Shown here one piece after another: positions 13,292 to 25,150 of a stretch of 50,541 bases of DNA; position 1 is the stretch's first letter; the number at the start of each line of letters is the position of its first letter. A program made the translations under genes and the position numbers. A model generated the notes under the pieces. It worked only from the letters and a program-made list of their open reading frames with translations. It searched no databases and was not told the DNA's origin. Source of the stretch: Chromera velia (Eukaryota); contig JAHBMJ010000313.1 of NCBI GenBank assembly GCA_018398765.1, forward strand, positions 1 to 50,541, given 5' to 3'.

Positions 13292-14376
13292 ACAGACACA
13301 CACGCACACACTCACACACACATACACGCACACACACATACATACACATACACATACACGCACACACACACGCACATTACCATAGAGACTCACGTATGTA
13401 TATATACACAGACGCAGACAAGCACAGCCAGGAGGGCGGAGGGGCAAGCAGAAGCTGATCGATGGATGGCATGAGCTTTCGAATGAAAGAAAGTCAAGGG
13501 TCAGCAACCATGCAACCGAAAGAACATATTGATTCATGGACTGAGCATGCCGGAGGAGGAAACGAGGGGCAAGGCCGAGAGAAAAGGGGAAGGGGGAAAG
13601 CAAGCAGAAGAGAGCAATCACTGGAAGCAAGGGAAGGAAGGAAGGAAGGAAGGAAAGAAGGAAGCAAGGAAGAAAACAAAGAAACAAAGAAACCGACCGA
13701 TCGACTCTCCCCCATCCGAATCTGCAACACCCCTCTCCCGCATATCATCGAACAGACCGCCTGTCACTGCACACACAGCAAGACAAACACATAAACACAT
13801 AAAGGGGGAAACGACGCTGTTGATTCATTTCTTTATGCCTCTTGTCAATGCCGTCTTCATGTCATGATTCTTGCCAGTAGTCATACGGAAAGCACCTACC
13901 TGTACGTGTAGGCACAACAAGGAGGTTCACAGTGATCCGATCGAAAAAAGTGGGAACAAGAGAGAGAAACAGGAAAGGACGACAGAGAGAGAGAAATCCC
14001 GTCGACCTAAAGCGTGACAAGGCACACAAATCACCACTCGACATCAGAAAAGACGTCCGTCCACAGACATCAGAAAAGACGTTCGTCCACAGAGAGAAAC
14101 ACTCAAGGAACAAGAAGAAAAGAAAAACGGCACGAGAACATCATCGAAGCTCTCCTTTAGGATGTCTTCCTTTTCGAATGCAGGGAGGAGACGTAGGCAT
14201 GCAGTAAGAGAGACAACGGAAAGCGACGAGACAGATGGAGGGCACCCAATCTCACCAGACGTTTTACTCCCTTCCCCTTCCCCCCCACCCTTCTGTTCGG
14301 GTCTTCTGGGCCGTTTTCTGTTCATCGTAACCTCCACGTGTCCGCAGTGCTCAGCGATGCGGAGGAGAAACCAGAG

Positions 14377-14410
<34 letters not shown>

Positions 14411-14658
14411 TCCACGAAGAGAAGGTGGGACATGCACAGAAGCGCAAACACTCACAAAAGGATACATGAAGACAGGATGGTTACATAAAAAAAACATGTA
14501 CCGTAAGAGTTTGTGTCACAAAGACATCACCGAGGGGGCTGAAAATGGTCTGTCTGTCGTTTCGATCGGTTCAGGGACGTCGTATTAAATCCTTTCGGTT
14601 TGAGACCACGCGTTCTCCTACATGATTTTTGAACTCAAAATTTGAAAAGCGCCTTGAC

Positions 14659-14692
<34 letters not shown>

Positions 14693-17055
14693 TATATATT
14701 TCTTCTTCTCCCTTCTTTTCTTCATGAACACAACAGACAAAAAGAAAGAAAGAACAAAGACAAAAGAGCAGAACCAACAGTCAAACAGCGTGGACAGACA
14801 GACAGACACATCCACCCACCTACCCACTCACCCTTCTGAGCCCCTTCCTTGACCTCTTGGTGACGCACGCAAGGTCACACTTTCGGTCCCTAGGGGGAAG
14901 CACGAGCTCTCCCCGTTTATCGACCTCAAACGCCAGGGATGAGGACCCCTCATTCCCTTGTCTCCCCCCTGCGCCTTCCTTCTCTTCCTCTCCCCGCCCC
15001 ACAGCCATATCCAGGAGAGGACCCCACGGCGGCACAAGACCGCCGTCCCCCTCGTCCCCCCCCCCCCNACTCTCTCATGAGCTTGGAGGCACGGTCGAAG
15101 AGAGACCCCGCGTCTCTGTACATGAGCGGCAGTTTGTACTTCAGGTCGCTGCCCCGATAGAACCTGCAGGACAGAAAGGCGTGGAGACGGAGGCTGAGAA
15201 TGGAAGCAAGGAACAGAAAAAACAGACACACTCGGTGGACTTCCAGTGTTGCAGAACATTCTCCAGCTGCCCTTCCCCTTTGTCTTCTGGCCCCTCCTCC
15301 CATCTCCCTCCTCCCTCCTTCTCCGTATCTCTGCGTGCGTGCGTGCGCGTGTGTGATGTGTACAACTTTGGGAGTTTACCTCAGCCTTCCGTTCTCTCAC
15401 TCATTCAAACACCGTAGCACCAGCCGCCATCAGCATGAACGAATGCGAGTGTACAGTGTGAAACAACAGCCGTTCATGAGGCAAACCTTGACGGACGCAC
15501 CTTCTGCCTCTTTCGTACACATGCTTTCCCCCCTCACTTCCCTTCCCTGACTGAGCTTACTGACGTGCAGGAGTCTTGAGGGTCCAGGTAGTGATCGTCT
15601 GTGGGTTTGGGCAGCTTTGCCTTGTCGTCGTGTGTGAACACGTTCTCGATTGGGACCTGCAGACGGATGGGGAAATCGTGTCGGGGCAGTGATTGCAGGC
15701 AGGCAGGTAGGCAAGAAGAGGGCAGAGATGGATTCTCTTGTGCGGGGGTTGAGTTGCAGACCTTTTCAGGATGTCAGGGGGTCACGCAAGGGAAGAGGGA
15801 AGATAGCACTATTGAGAGAAGGACGAAGAAAAGAAACCACTCGACTTCACTCTGCATCCTTTCCCCCCTTCCAACCCGACTGACTGACCGTCCACTTTTT
15901 CGTGGCGTCGGAGAGGACCGATATCTGATCCATCCACTGCAGGAACAGCATATCCATTCTCGCCTCCAGCCTCTCTCTTCTGTCCTTTGTCTTCCTCATC
16001 ACATAAGAGGAGGGACAGGCAGAAGAGGACGAAGAAGAAGAGGAGGAATCCTCCCCCGTCTCTCCCGTCTCCCCCCCCGACAGAGGAAGAAGGCCCAAAA
16101 ATTTGGACCACTCGGCCTCATCCTTCTCTTGCCGTCTCCGTCGCTTCTCTTCCTCCTCGACCCCCCCACCTTCACCCTCCTCCACAATCACCTTCCTCAC
16201 TTGACTACCCCCCCCCAACCCCATCATATGAGCCCCCCCCGTATCCTGAGGGCCGCCTCGAGAAGTCGGAAGCGGGGCCGTCAGATGGCCCCAGACAGCA
16301 GCGTTTCGCCTAACCATGCGCCAGGCCGTGACTGAGTACACACCCACTGTTCTCTGGAGGGCCGAGTCCTTCAACTCTTCCAGATCTTGCGGTGAATCGA
16401 AACAGACAATCTTCTTTTTCTTTTTCTTTTGTTTTTTCTGTTTCTCCTTTTCGTCGGATCCTTCCCCCATTTCTTCATCGCCTTCCCCCTCCTCCTCTGC
16501 CCCGCCATCGCTGTCGCTGCCTTCGTCTGACGAATCTTCAGCAAAGACGGGTTTTTCGTCCTTTGGATTCAGTTTTGCCTTTTTCTGTTGTTGATTCTTC
16601 TTTCTTCTCTTTCTCTCCCGTTCCTCCTCGCTGCTTTCTTCCTCTTCCTCCTCCTCTTCCTCCAGGTCGCTTTCTTCTTCATCGCTTTCGCCGAGGTCTT
16701 CCTCTTCTTCCTCTTCGCTGGATTCCTCAAACTCACTCTCCTCCTTTTCGTTGTCTTTCTCGTTCTCCCTCTTTTCCCTTTTCTTTTTCTTGTTCTTCGA
16801 TTTCTTCTTCTTCTTCTTCTTTTTCTTCTTTTCCCCGTCCTTCCTTCCTTCCTCCTTGTCCTCCCCTTCATCCTCAGCGGCGGCCATGGGCTCATCAGCA
16901 TCTTCATCGTCGTCAAAGAGGTTGTTGTTCTCCGCCGTCTCGTTCTTCTTCTCGTGGGGGGAGGAGGCAGGAGACGTCTCCTCCTCCACACCTTCCATTT
17001 TCTCGTCTTCAGCAGCAGTAGGGACCCCTGCGCTGATCTCTGCTTCTTCAGACAT
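3158..17055 (-). CDS. Very large (~2,300-2,400 aa) low-complexity acidic/basic protein with an MRC1/Claspin-like C-terminal domain; ~19 exons
   Basis: Hand-spliced exons: 17055-15889, ~15656-15561, 15162-14832, 14376-14256, ~13721-13698, ~13236-12746, ~12341-12228, ~12018-11961, 11659-11611, 11124-11041, 10518-7916, 7503-7160, 6867-6742, 6442-6345, 6094-6033, 5590-4650, ~4294-4194, 3912-3754, 3314-3158 (TGA). GT-AG phases are consistent from 15162 to the stop, except for a frame change across the N in a C-run at ~15068. The 15561/15162 junction is unresolved. The spliced motif [11 protein letters not shown]...EVEDLIAD...[41 protein letters not shown] resembles the MRC1-like domain. Confidence 0.6.
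7654..7737. repeat. Intronic minisatellite, 27-bp unit x3
   Basis: GAATGTCACAAAGAAATAAGATGCAAG at 7654, 7681 and 7708. Confidence 0.95.
13250..13375. repeat. Imperfect (CA)n microsatellite in an intron
   Basis: Seen directly. Confidence 0.9.
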
Positions 17056-17930
17056 TGTCAGAAAGCAAGAGGTGAAATGTGCAGGGGAAGAGGGCTCTCA
17101 GGATATTTTTGATCGCAGTCGCCCTGACGTCGAAGATAACAACCAACGAAGTGGTGTTGCTCTCGTCTGAAAGGAAGATGGAGATCAAGTCTTCAAAGAA
17201 AAGGATAAAGAAATTAAGTCTGAAAAAAAGGGTGCCCCAACCTCAGATGGTTCTGGAAGAGCCTGAAGAGGAAACAGTAACAGGAGGAAAGTGTGACTTC
17301 TGAAGGATCGAGCCAAAAGATGTGCTCAGCTGCTCTCCTCCTCCGCCAGAAATGACTGTGAGTAAGACTGCCCCTCTGATCCACTGTGCATCTCACAGAA
17401 GAAGAGTGCCTTGCCGTGATTTATCGGTACGCGGTCGAACACATATACAGGTATTTGGAAGGGACGTCTACTGTAGAAGGATCAGTTTGATGGAATCCGA
17501 CTCACTCAGAGAAAAGAGATGATGCAACGAATTGCTGATGCCCAAAGCATGCAACGCGAATGAAGGCCGGCCGGGGCATGCCGGGGCTATGCCGGGGCTG
17601 AAGGGGAAAAAAAGGCCGCGTGGTTGCATGCGCAAGACTGCTAGAATCCTGGCACAAAATGGCACAAAAGCTGACAACTCAGTATCGATCGCGATAGCTA
17701 TGTAGCTAGATGCAATTGCTTTTTGGGTTTTCACCTGCATATTAACATATATATGCATCATTGCAGGAAATGTAGCCGTTCGTCACACAGGAGCTATATA
17801 GAACCCTCCAGAGTGAGTCCAAACACTCCGCAAAGAAGATCAGTTGTAAAGAAGAAAGGTAGACAGGATGAAGTCACAAAGTGACAGAACGTTGAAAAGA
17901 AACTCAGACTGACACAAACCCAGAAGACAG

Positions 17931-19399
17931 ATGGCGTTGTTCGGTCGTACGGGAAAGCTTCGGGAGGTACCGAGGAGGTTCTGGGGCCAGCTTGCAGTTA
18001 CAGTTGCTGCAGCTTCGCTGGGTCTCTGTGCAGTCGCTCTGTGTGCAGTGTTCCTGAATTACGTGTACAATGTGATGAAGAAGAACGTCTTCGGGACCGT
18101 CGAGGGAGATCCGTTGCCCTGTGTGCGCGCTCCCCTTCCCACGTGCATCTTTGCGGACAGCTGCACGTCTACCTGCTGTCCCGTGGGTTTTGACTGCTTG
18201 AGGGATCCTGTGGTGGGTGTGGCGTGTAAGTTGAGTGCGGACGGGTGCGGGAACTTCGATTGGTGCCGGGACTTCTTTGACCTTCCAAGGACATGCCGTC
18301 CAGAGGTGAGCATGCATGCATGCAGGATTGCATGCAAAGTGCATGGATTTCTTCTGATCTGTCTGTTTGTTCATGTTTTTTGTGCTCTTTCTTTTCTGGG
18401 TATCCTCCTATTTGTTCGTTATCGTCTCAACGTGCTGCGGAAAAGCAAATTGGCAAATGGTAGACGGGACAAAGTGACTGTGCCACATGTGGAAAGAAAA
18501 GGGAGTTGTCCAATTCAGGGCACAGAAGAATACCATACAAGAGTCTGGGAGCACAAAAAGAGAAAGTGTGAGTAAAAAGGACAGAAAGATAAGAGACAGA
18601 TGAAATAGTTTGCAGAGAAAGAAACATTTTTCCTCAGAAATATAGGCGGGGGCAAGTCAGCTGAGGTCGGACAGCTCTCTAGCTGACTGCCACTGACAGA
18701 AAGAGCAATCTGTCTACAGGAAACAGATTCAACAGAAGGACAAGAAGGAAAATTGGGTGCTAGTGTGAGAAAAGAAAAAACTGATACCGCCATTCAGAGA
18801 GTCATTTTAGGGACAAGAACGGAAACTGGGTGCTAGTGTGAGAAAAGAAAAAACTGATACCTCCATCCAGAGAGTCATCTGAGGGGCAAGAACGAAAATT
18901 TGGTGCTAGTTTGAGAAAAGAGAAAAGTGCCTTCCAAGGAGTCCAAATTGACAAATGAAGAAACGTCTGACTGCATTTTTGTCTTCCTGTTTGTGTGCGT
19001 GTGCAGGAATGTAGACGGGGTGAGAGGGTTGCAGAGATTTTGATCTTTGCACTTTTCGGAGTTGCTGTGGGGAGTCTGTTAGACCTTGTCGACTTTCTCC
19101 TCTACTGGTGCGGGCCCGACCGGACTCTTCTGAAGGCAGGGGCCAACCTGTCCTCTGCCATCATGAAGTTCCTCTCCCTCACCTCCATGGCTGCAGTGTC
19201 CACGATGGACTTTATGGCAGACTTGGGAAGGTACAGGTGTTACGATAGCGCTGGAAGGTCTTTGTGGACTTCGGCGTATGCCGTGATCATTTCCTTTGCC
19301 ATCTGTTGTGGCCTCTCGGGGCTCTTCTCCCTTGTCCTGGCGGGCTTCTCGGCCTACTGGGGAGGTAGGGTGTACGGAATCCCTTATGTAAGATATTGA
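17931..19399 (+). CDS. 255-aa predicted four-TM membrane protein with a cysteine-rich loop; exons 17931-18305 and 19007-19399
   Basis: ATG at 17931, donor GAG|gtgagc, acceptor gtgcag|GAA, phase 0, TGA at 19397-19399. One N-terminal hydrophobic helix, a loop with about 11 Cys (PCVRAPLPTCIFADSCTSTCCPVGFDCLRD..ACK..GCGNFDWC..TC..EC), then three more hydrophobic segments. Confidence 0.8.
18751..18925. repeat. Degenerate ~73-bp tandem repeat (~2.4 copies) in an intron
   Basis: GGTGCTAGT(G/T)TGAGAAAAG recurs at ~18756, ~18829 and ~18902. Confidence 0.85.
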
Positions 19400-19850
19400 A
19401 TCAATGAATCGGCGTATCACTCAGTTTCGCAGCTCCTATTTAAAAACCCCTTACGAGCTAGTTTGTTGGGCAAATTATTAGTAGAGCTAGTAGCACAGTT
19501 ATGGTATTTTCATATTTATACACCTAGTTATACACAGAGTATTGCGGCTATACCTACTATGGGCGGCGACTGATGTTAGCCATTGTTGCTAATTAACTTG
19601 AAGTTTTGATCATTGTAAAATTAAATTTATACAAAAATTTACTTTATAAGCTCAAAATTTAAGTTCAATCAAAAATTATGCACACTATATTTTTTTTGTA
19701 TATTTTTACTCAAACTTGTTTATCAAAAATTCGATCTTCAAAAGTTATTCAATTATAAATTTGGTTACATTCATTTAACTAGTTCTGGGCTCCGCACTGT
19801 AAAAAAATATATAAAAATATCGGATTGAGCCACATCTATGGGCTAAAATT

Positions 19851-20107
19851 ATAGTGGAATAGTGGAATAGTCCACTATTTCTATCCCCTAATAGTCAATA
19901 GTAGGAATAGTGACTATTCCTTATTCCAATTATAAAAAATAGTAGACTATTCCCACTATTCTGACATTTATGAACCTTATTTGAAAATAGTGACTATTCT
20001 CACTATTTCTGCCGACGCTTTAGTGACTATTCTCACTATTCCTGCCAAAACGAAGTTGACTATTCTCACTATTCCTGCCAAAACGAAGGTGACTATTCTC
20101 ACTATTC
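19851..20107. repeat. Left subterminal repeat array (AATAGT/ACTATT), including four 33-bp-period units
   Basis: GACTATTCTCACTATT at 19992, 20025, 20058 and 20091, plus many AATAGT motifs in both orientations. Confidence 0.9.
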
Positions 20108-20225
20108 AAAATACAGTCAACAAAAGATTCGGCCCAGAGGAGACATCCGAGTGATGATGAAGAGACTTCAAAGTTAGATTCGGAACAGTTACTGTCCCTC
20201 CCCAAACCGTGAACACTGGCACTGC

Positions 20226-22730
20226 TTAAAGATCCGTCTCCAGCGTTGCCTCCCCGTTAGAGGACCCATCTGCCTCGGAGTTGCCCTCCTCCGCACCCTC
20301 CACGCCGTCAATGTCCCCCCCCTCTTCGTTCTGGTTTCCCCCACTTCCACTCTTCGTAAGAGAGAGGACACTAGGAAGAACAACTCCGCAATGACCAAGA
20401 CAGTCGAGAGTGAAGTCTCTCGTGTCTGCAAAAGGGGATGCGATTCTCGGATCAATTTTCTTTTCGGTTCGCATCTGTCGGATCTGTTTCTGCACCTCCT
20501 CCTTCGGCATCTTTGTTTTCAAACTGTAGGTCCGCAGACCCCTGCTCATGATCTCTGCCCCATTAGCATAATAAAACTTAACAATGGGGATATATGCCTT
20601 TGTCTGGCGGCGAACTGCAGAGGGGGAAAAGGTTTCATTCTTGCTTACGATGAATTCAAAAACAGCAAGAAAAAAAGCGAGCTCTTGCAAGGTTGTGTAC
20701 GGGAAGACGGGGTCGAAGACGTCTGCTGCTGTGAGTGTGAATTCTCCTGATGCCTCACCCTCAGCGGGCCTGGCCCGTACAAACCCTGCAGAGTCTCCCT
20801 TTTTCGAATACCATATCCCCTTTTTCTTTTGGATCTCTGTAGCAGCTTCCCCAACAAACACTTCTGCTGCATCTTTTCTGTCAGTTGCGAAGACAGGTCG
20901 AAGGGCGGGGGCAAGCGCTACTACAGAGCAGAGGGTAGAGAGCTCAAGGGGAGAGGGGTTCCGGAGAAACACAAAAGTGAAAAACTCCATGGGTGCTCCC
21001 TCTCCTTCATCAAGATCGCAGGGCAGTCGACCCCCGCTCTGCAGTATCTGCACTTTCTGCAAGACAAAAACACGTGAACATTTGTATGTTAAAGACAATT
21101 CTGGATAAAATAAAAAAAAACATAATGGGGGAGATTCAAGAGAAAAAATGAAAGCAAACGCGCTCAGTCTCTCACAGAAAGAACGAGAAAGAACACAGCT
21201 TCAAAGAGTCTGAAAGTTGAGGAGAAGAAATGAAAATAAGGAGAAAAGAGAAAAAAAAGAAACAATTAGTACCTGCGCATCAGCGGAGGCCAAAAGACTC
21301 TTCGTCCTTTCCTATGCAAGGGTGGGGTGGTTGCGCAAAGGGGTGAAGATCTTTGGGTTCTTTGTACCCGTCGTCTGTGTCACCTCCCACTTGATCTGCC
21401 CACTGCCTTTCGCCCTGCCCGGATGTGTAGGTGGAACACCAAGGAGGTCAAAGGTCAGGTTCTTGTAGGGGCTGATGCGCTGCGCTGTAACATTTGAGCC
21501 CTTTGACCACCCCGTCCCCCCAACTGCCTTCGAGTAGAGATCTCCTGCCCTTAGCCAGAAACGTTCATACAGCTCGTCTGGGGTTTTGTCCACCGTGTCA
21601 AAGCTCTGGAGGCCGCAGATCACGGCAGCCCAGTACCACAGATAAGACGGACCCTCATCCGTCATATCCCCCAGAGTAATGCTGCAGCATCAAAAGAGGA
21701 AAGGGGGATGAGAAATAAAGAGGGTGACTTGGAGGAAGGGGTGAAGGGAGCCTAGGAAGGGAGCAAAAAGGAGAAACAAACGAAAAAAAAAAAACGGACA
21801 GAAATGGACAGAAGACCGGAAGAGACAGAAAAAAAATAAAAAGAGAAAGCAAGAGGAGAGAACCGAGTCTAGAATTAAGTGAGGACAAAGAGTGGAAGCG
21901 AGACGGACCGATTGACGAACCCTACCAACAGGCAAAGCCTGTCCAGAGGAACTTTGTCAATCGAGGCATCTGTTTCGTTTTCCTTCTGTTCCCCGTCTCC
22001 TGCCTTCCCTTTCTTCCTTCCCTTCTCAGCACCGTCCTTGAGTGCCTTGATGCGTTTGTCGTACTTGGCGGCGAAGGTGCGGAATGCCTTCACGAGCTTA
22101 CGCTCGAACCCTGTGTTCCCTATGAGGGAGGCCTACTCATCAAGCGTCTCCTCCCCATCACTCTCCGTCTTCTTCTCTTTTTCTGTTTCTTTTTCCTGGC
22201 TGCTACTGGCAGCGCCTCCCTTTTCCCTCTTCTCTTCCTGTGAGGCCTTCTCTTTGTTCCCTCCCTCCTCTTTTTCTTTCTTTTCCTTCCTTTCCTTCCT
22301 CCCCTCTTCCTTTCCTTTTTTTTCTTTATCTCTGCCCTCTTCTTCCTCTTTTTCTCCCTTTTTTTTTTCGCCTGTCCTGGCACTCTTTCTCCTTCTTCTG
22401 ACAGGTTCTTCCTCTTTTTCATCCTCATTTTCTGACTCGGACTCGGGGGGACGCTTTTTAAGTCTCCCCTTCCCGTTCCCTCTGCCTCTGGGGATGTCGT
22501 CTTCTTCGAAAGACTCTTCGTCATCCTCGTCATCGTCCTTCGGAGTTTTCACACCTGCAGGAAGCAAGCCATGAATAGCAACAAGCAAAGATCACTTGCT
22601 GTATACAGTGGAAAAATTGTGGAGAGACCAGGAGAGACTGCAACAATGAATTTTTGTAGAGAAACGCGAGTGTATCCAAATCCGTCACCAACCTTTCAAT
22701 GCTTTGAGTGCTCCAGGAGTACCCTGAGCA
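20226..22730 (-). pseudogene. Transposon-borne partner gene of unknown function; intron-containing, two in-frame TAG stops, 5' end missing
   Basis: Exons ~22554-21909, 21681-21273 and 21056-20226 (TAA) with compatible phases. In-frame TAG at 22133-35 and 21312-14 with the frame continuing past each. K/E-rich N-terminal part, then globular segments (YLWYWAAVICGL..; VFPYTTLQELAFFLAVFEFIV). A probable further exon fragment lies at ~22730-22597. Confidence 0.7.
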
Positions 22731-22749
22731 TTTCAAAGGGTCATTCTGA

Positions 22750-24796
22750 GGTCATTCTGGGTAGCATTTCAAAGGCGGAGAAGAAGCACCCGACTCCAGC
22801 TTTCAAATTGGTGATTTACGCACAGTCCACAAGTGTGGGGGAACGTGGATCGAGCCGCGAATGGAAGCTACATTTTTTTTTTCACCTTTACTTGTCTGAC
22901 CGACCGTTTGCGCAGTTTGCGGCGGGAGTGTTTGAAAGAGCAAGCGCACTACTCGAATCTTCTTGTCGGTTTTGTTGGGTGAGGGGGTCTCAACTCAAAA
23001 AATTTGGGAAAGGAACGTCGCCATGGGGTCGTTTTCCCAGAAAAAAGAAGAAGCAAATGCAGAAAGGACTTGCCGTCCTTCAGGCAGAAAAGAAAAAACA
23101 GAAGAGACGGGAGCGAAATGAGTATGCAGCAAAGAAGAAGCTGTTCTCGATGCACCACTATGACAAGCCCAACCCCTTTTTCTCTCTTCGTTTCTTTCAG
23201 CCTTCATGTTTTCCCTTTTGTCTTTTGCACGACTGGGACCTCGGGGTTGCAAAAAGATGTGTTAACATGTTGTCGACGCACTTTTTTCATGAAGACAATG
23301 AATCTCGCTTTGGCATAAAGGCACAACTAGTAGCGTGCGAAGCCTACTGCAAAGAGCTTGTGCTTCCCTCTCAGATGGCGCATCTCTCATCGAGCGGGTT
23401 CTTGAAAGTCCCCAAAATGACAGGCACCCAGTTTTGACATGCATTGCAGGTGCTTCCTTTTGCCTTTGCTTACAACCGCGTTGACCCAAAGTTGATCGAC
23501 TTGTTCGCTGACGTTGCGTACGTTGGCTGTCTTCTTCGCCGAGAGTTCTGTGGGTTAAGAATGTTGCTCCGTGGAGCTGCTGGATCGGATGAAAATGTGG
23601 CAAATGATACTCTTGGCACTTTAATTTATGAAACAATCAAGAAGTTTGTTGGGGTGTTGGAGGGATGTGGGCGGGAATACTCAAATTTCATGAAAACACA
23701 TGAAATTTCTGAGCATTCAATCGGGCAAATCATAGAACATGGGTCTTTGATTGGAACTTCCACTGAGCTTTTCGAGAGAGCGCACAAAGCAGTGAATGCC
23801 CTTCTGTCGTGTATCACGCGCCATTTTTTTTTGTGGTCACTAACTCTTCGTCTTGAAGAAATGGAGAGAATTGCAGCAGTTTTTGAGGAAGAGAGAAGGG
23901 TGGAAGAGGAGAAAGAAGTGACAAGGTTTCGTGAGAAACTCCAGAAGAAGTTTGATGGTTTTGTCAGAACTGTGAAACTTTCAGAGGTGCAGAATGGAGA
24001 CAAATTGACTGAGATCCGCTTCTCCAGTCGTCTGTTAAATGAGCTTGTTCAGCTTTTGTACATGCGTGTACATTCGTATGACGACGACCGCAACGTGCCT
24101 GGTGTAGTGACTGAGAAACAGAATTCGATTCGTGATGCGCTTTTTCAGCATGGAGAAGTCTCTGTTTACAAAAGAATGTATATTTCCTCTGTCAAAAAAT
24201 TCAGAAAGCTCATGCTGCAGGAGAGTGACTTCCGTGACGAGTCTGAGCAGTCCAATGTGGAGGACTCTTCCCTTTTTGTTGTGCATGCATGGCCGCAAGG
24301 GGGGGATAGATGGGTGGCAGGCTCTCCTCCACATGAGCATGGGAACTTCCATGCTTTTTCTCCTGTCCGTGCGCAGTGGAGGGACGGTGAGTATAATCCT
24401 CCTCGCTCTGCAGATATTCAAATATCTGCAGACGACTTCGAGGCCGAGAAGAAGGTCTGTTTTGGCGTTGCATCTTTGTTTTTTTCCTTAAATCTGCGTG
24501 ACTCTGCCCCTCCTGCGTTGTGCCAGAGGTGGACAAATGTATTGTCCGAAAAGCTTGTTTTGGTTGAGGAATTGGAGGAAGCAGGAGACAACGCTTACCC
24601 TTCATATAGCGAGAATCTTCATGCAAAGTATGTTTTCTACAATCGTAAATCCCAAGTGATCTTTGCCCGTCACGTTGTTGATCGAATTCTGTTGATGCCA
24701 GATGTGATTTATAACTGGAAGGAGTCGCGAAGGCGTGAAGAGCCCCAGCGCGATACCGTTGAATATCGTTTCTGGGTTAATTGGTACATCACTTGA
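22750..24796 (+). pseudogene. Plavaka-family transposase, N-terminally truncated, in-frame TGA at 23435-23437
   Basis: ORFs 22571-23437 and 23444-24796 share one frame. Motifs HLYLSDRP (cf. YxADYPE), SCRFC (CxxC), LHDWDLGV (cf. LHxxxxG), KMTGTQF*H and NFMKTHEISEH..QIIEHGSLIGTSTELFERAHK (cf. NFPKxHxxxH..xIxxFG....STExxExxH). The N-terminal region holding the first catalytic Asp is not visible. Confidence 0.8.
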
Positions 24797-24899
24797 TAAA
24801 CCTGGTATTCAACGCCAGCGTTGAGTTAATCTATTTGCATGATGTGCCAGTAGACTGATCGACTTCGATACTATATATATATGATTTATGAAGTAACCT

Positions 24900-25150
24900 C
24901 GGAATAGTCGGAATAGTGAATAGTCTACTATTTTGACTATTCTCAACTGGAATAGTTAGAACAATGAGGTTTGACTAATAAAATAGTGGGAATAGTGGAT
25001 TTTCACTAGAAGAATAGTGGGAATAGTGGATTTTTACTAGAAAAATAGTGGGAATAGTGGGTTTTTACTAGTGGAATAGTGGGAATAGTGGGTTTTTGCT
25101 AGTAGAATAGTGAGAATAGTGGACTATTCTCACTATTCCGACTATTCTAC
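24900..25150. repeat. Right subterminal repeat array, ~31-bp units AATAGTGGGAATAGTGG(A/G)TTTT..CTAG
   Basis: Four tandem units at ~24983-25105, plus flanking AATAGT/ACTATT motifs mirroring the left end. Confidence 0.9.

Noticed and set aside
14040..14091. 26-bp direct duplication
   Set aside because: It is real, but a simple intronic slippage duplication with no further structure.
19990..20107. 33-bp periodic repeats resembling a CRISPR array
   Set aside because: The intervening sequences are short and near-identical rather than unique spacers, the motif is mirrored at the other TE end, there are no cas genes, and the context is eukaryotic.
21879..22574. 231-aa S/F-rich plus-strand ORF, and similar antisense ORFs at 4133-4924, 16392-17170 and 34934-35875
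   Set aside because: They are antisense shadows of minus-strand coding exons.
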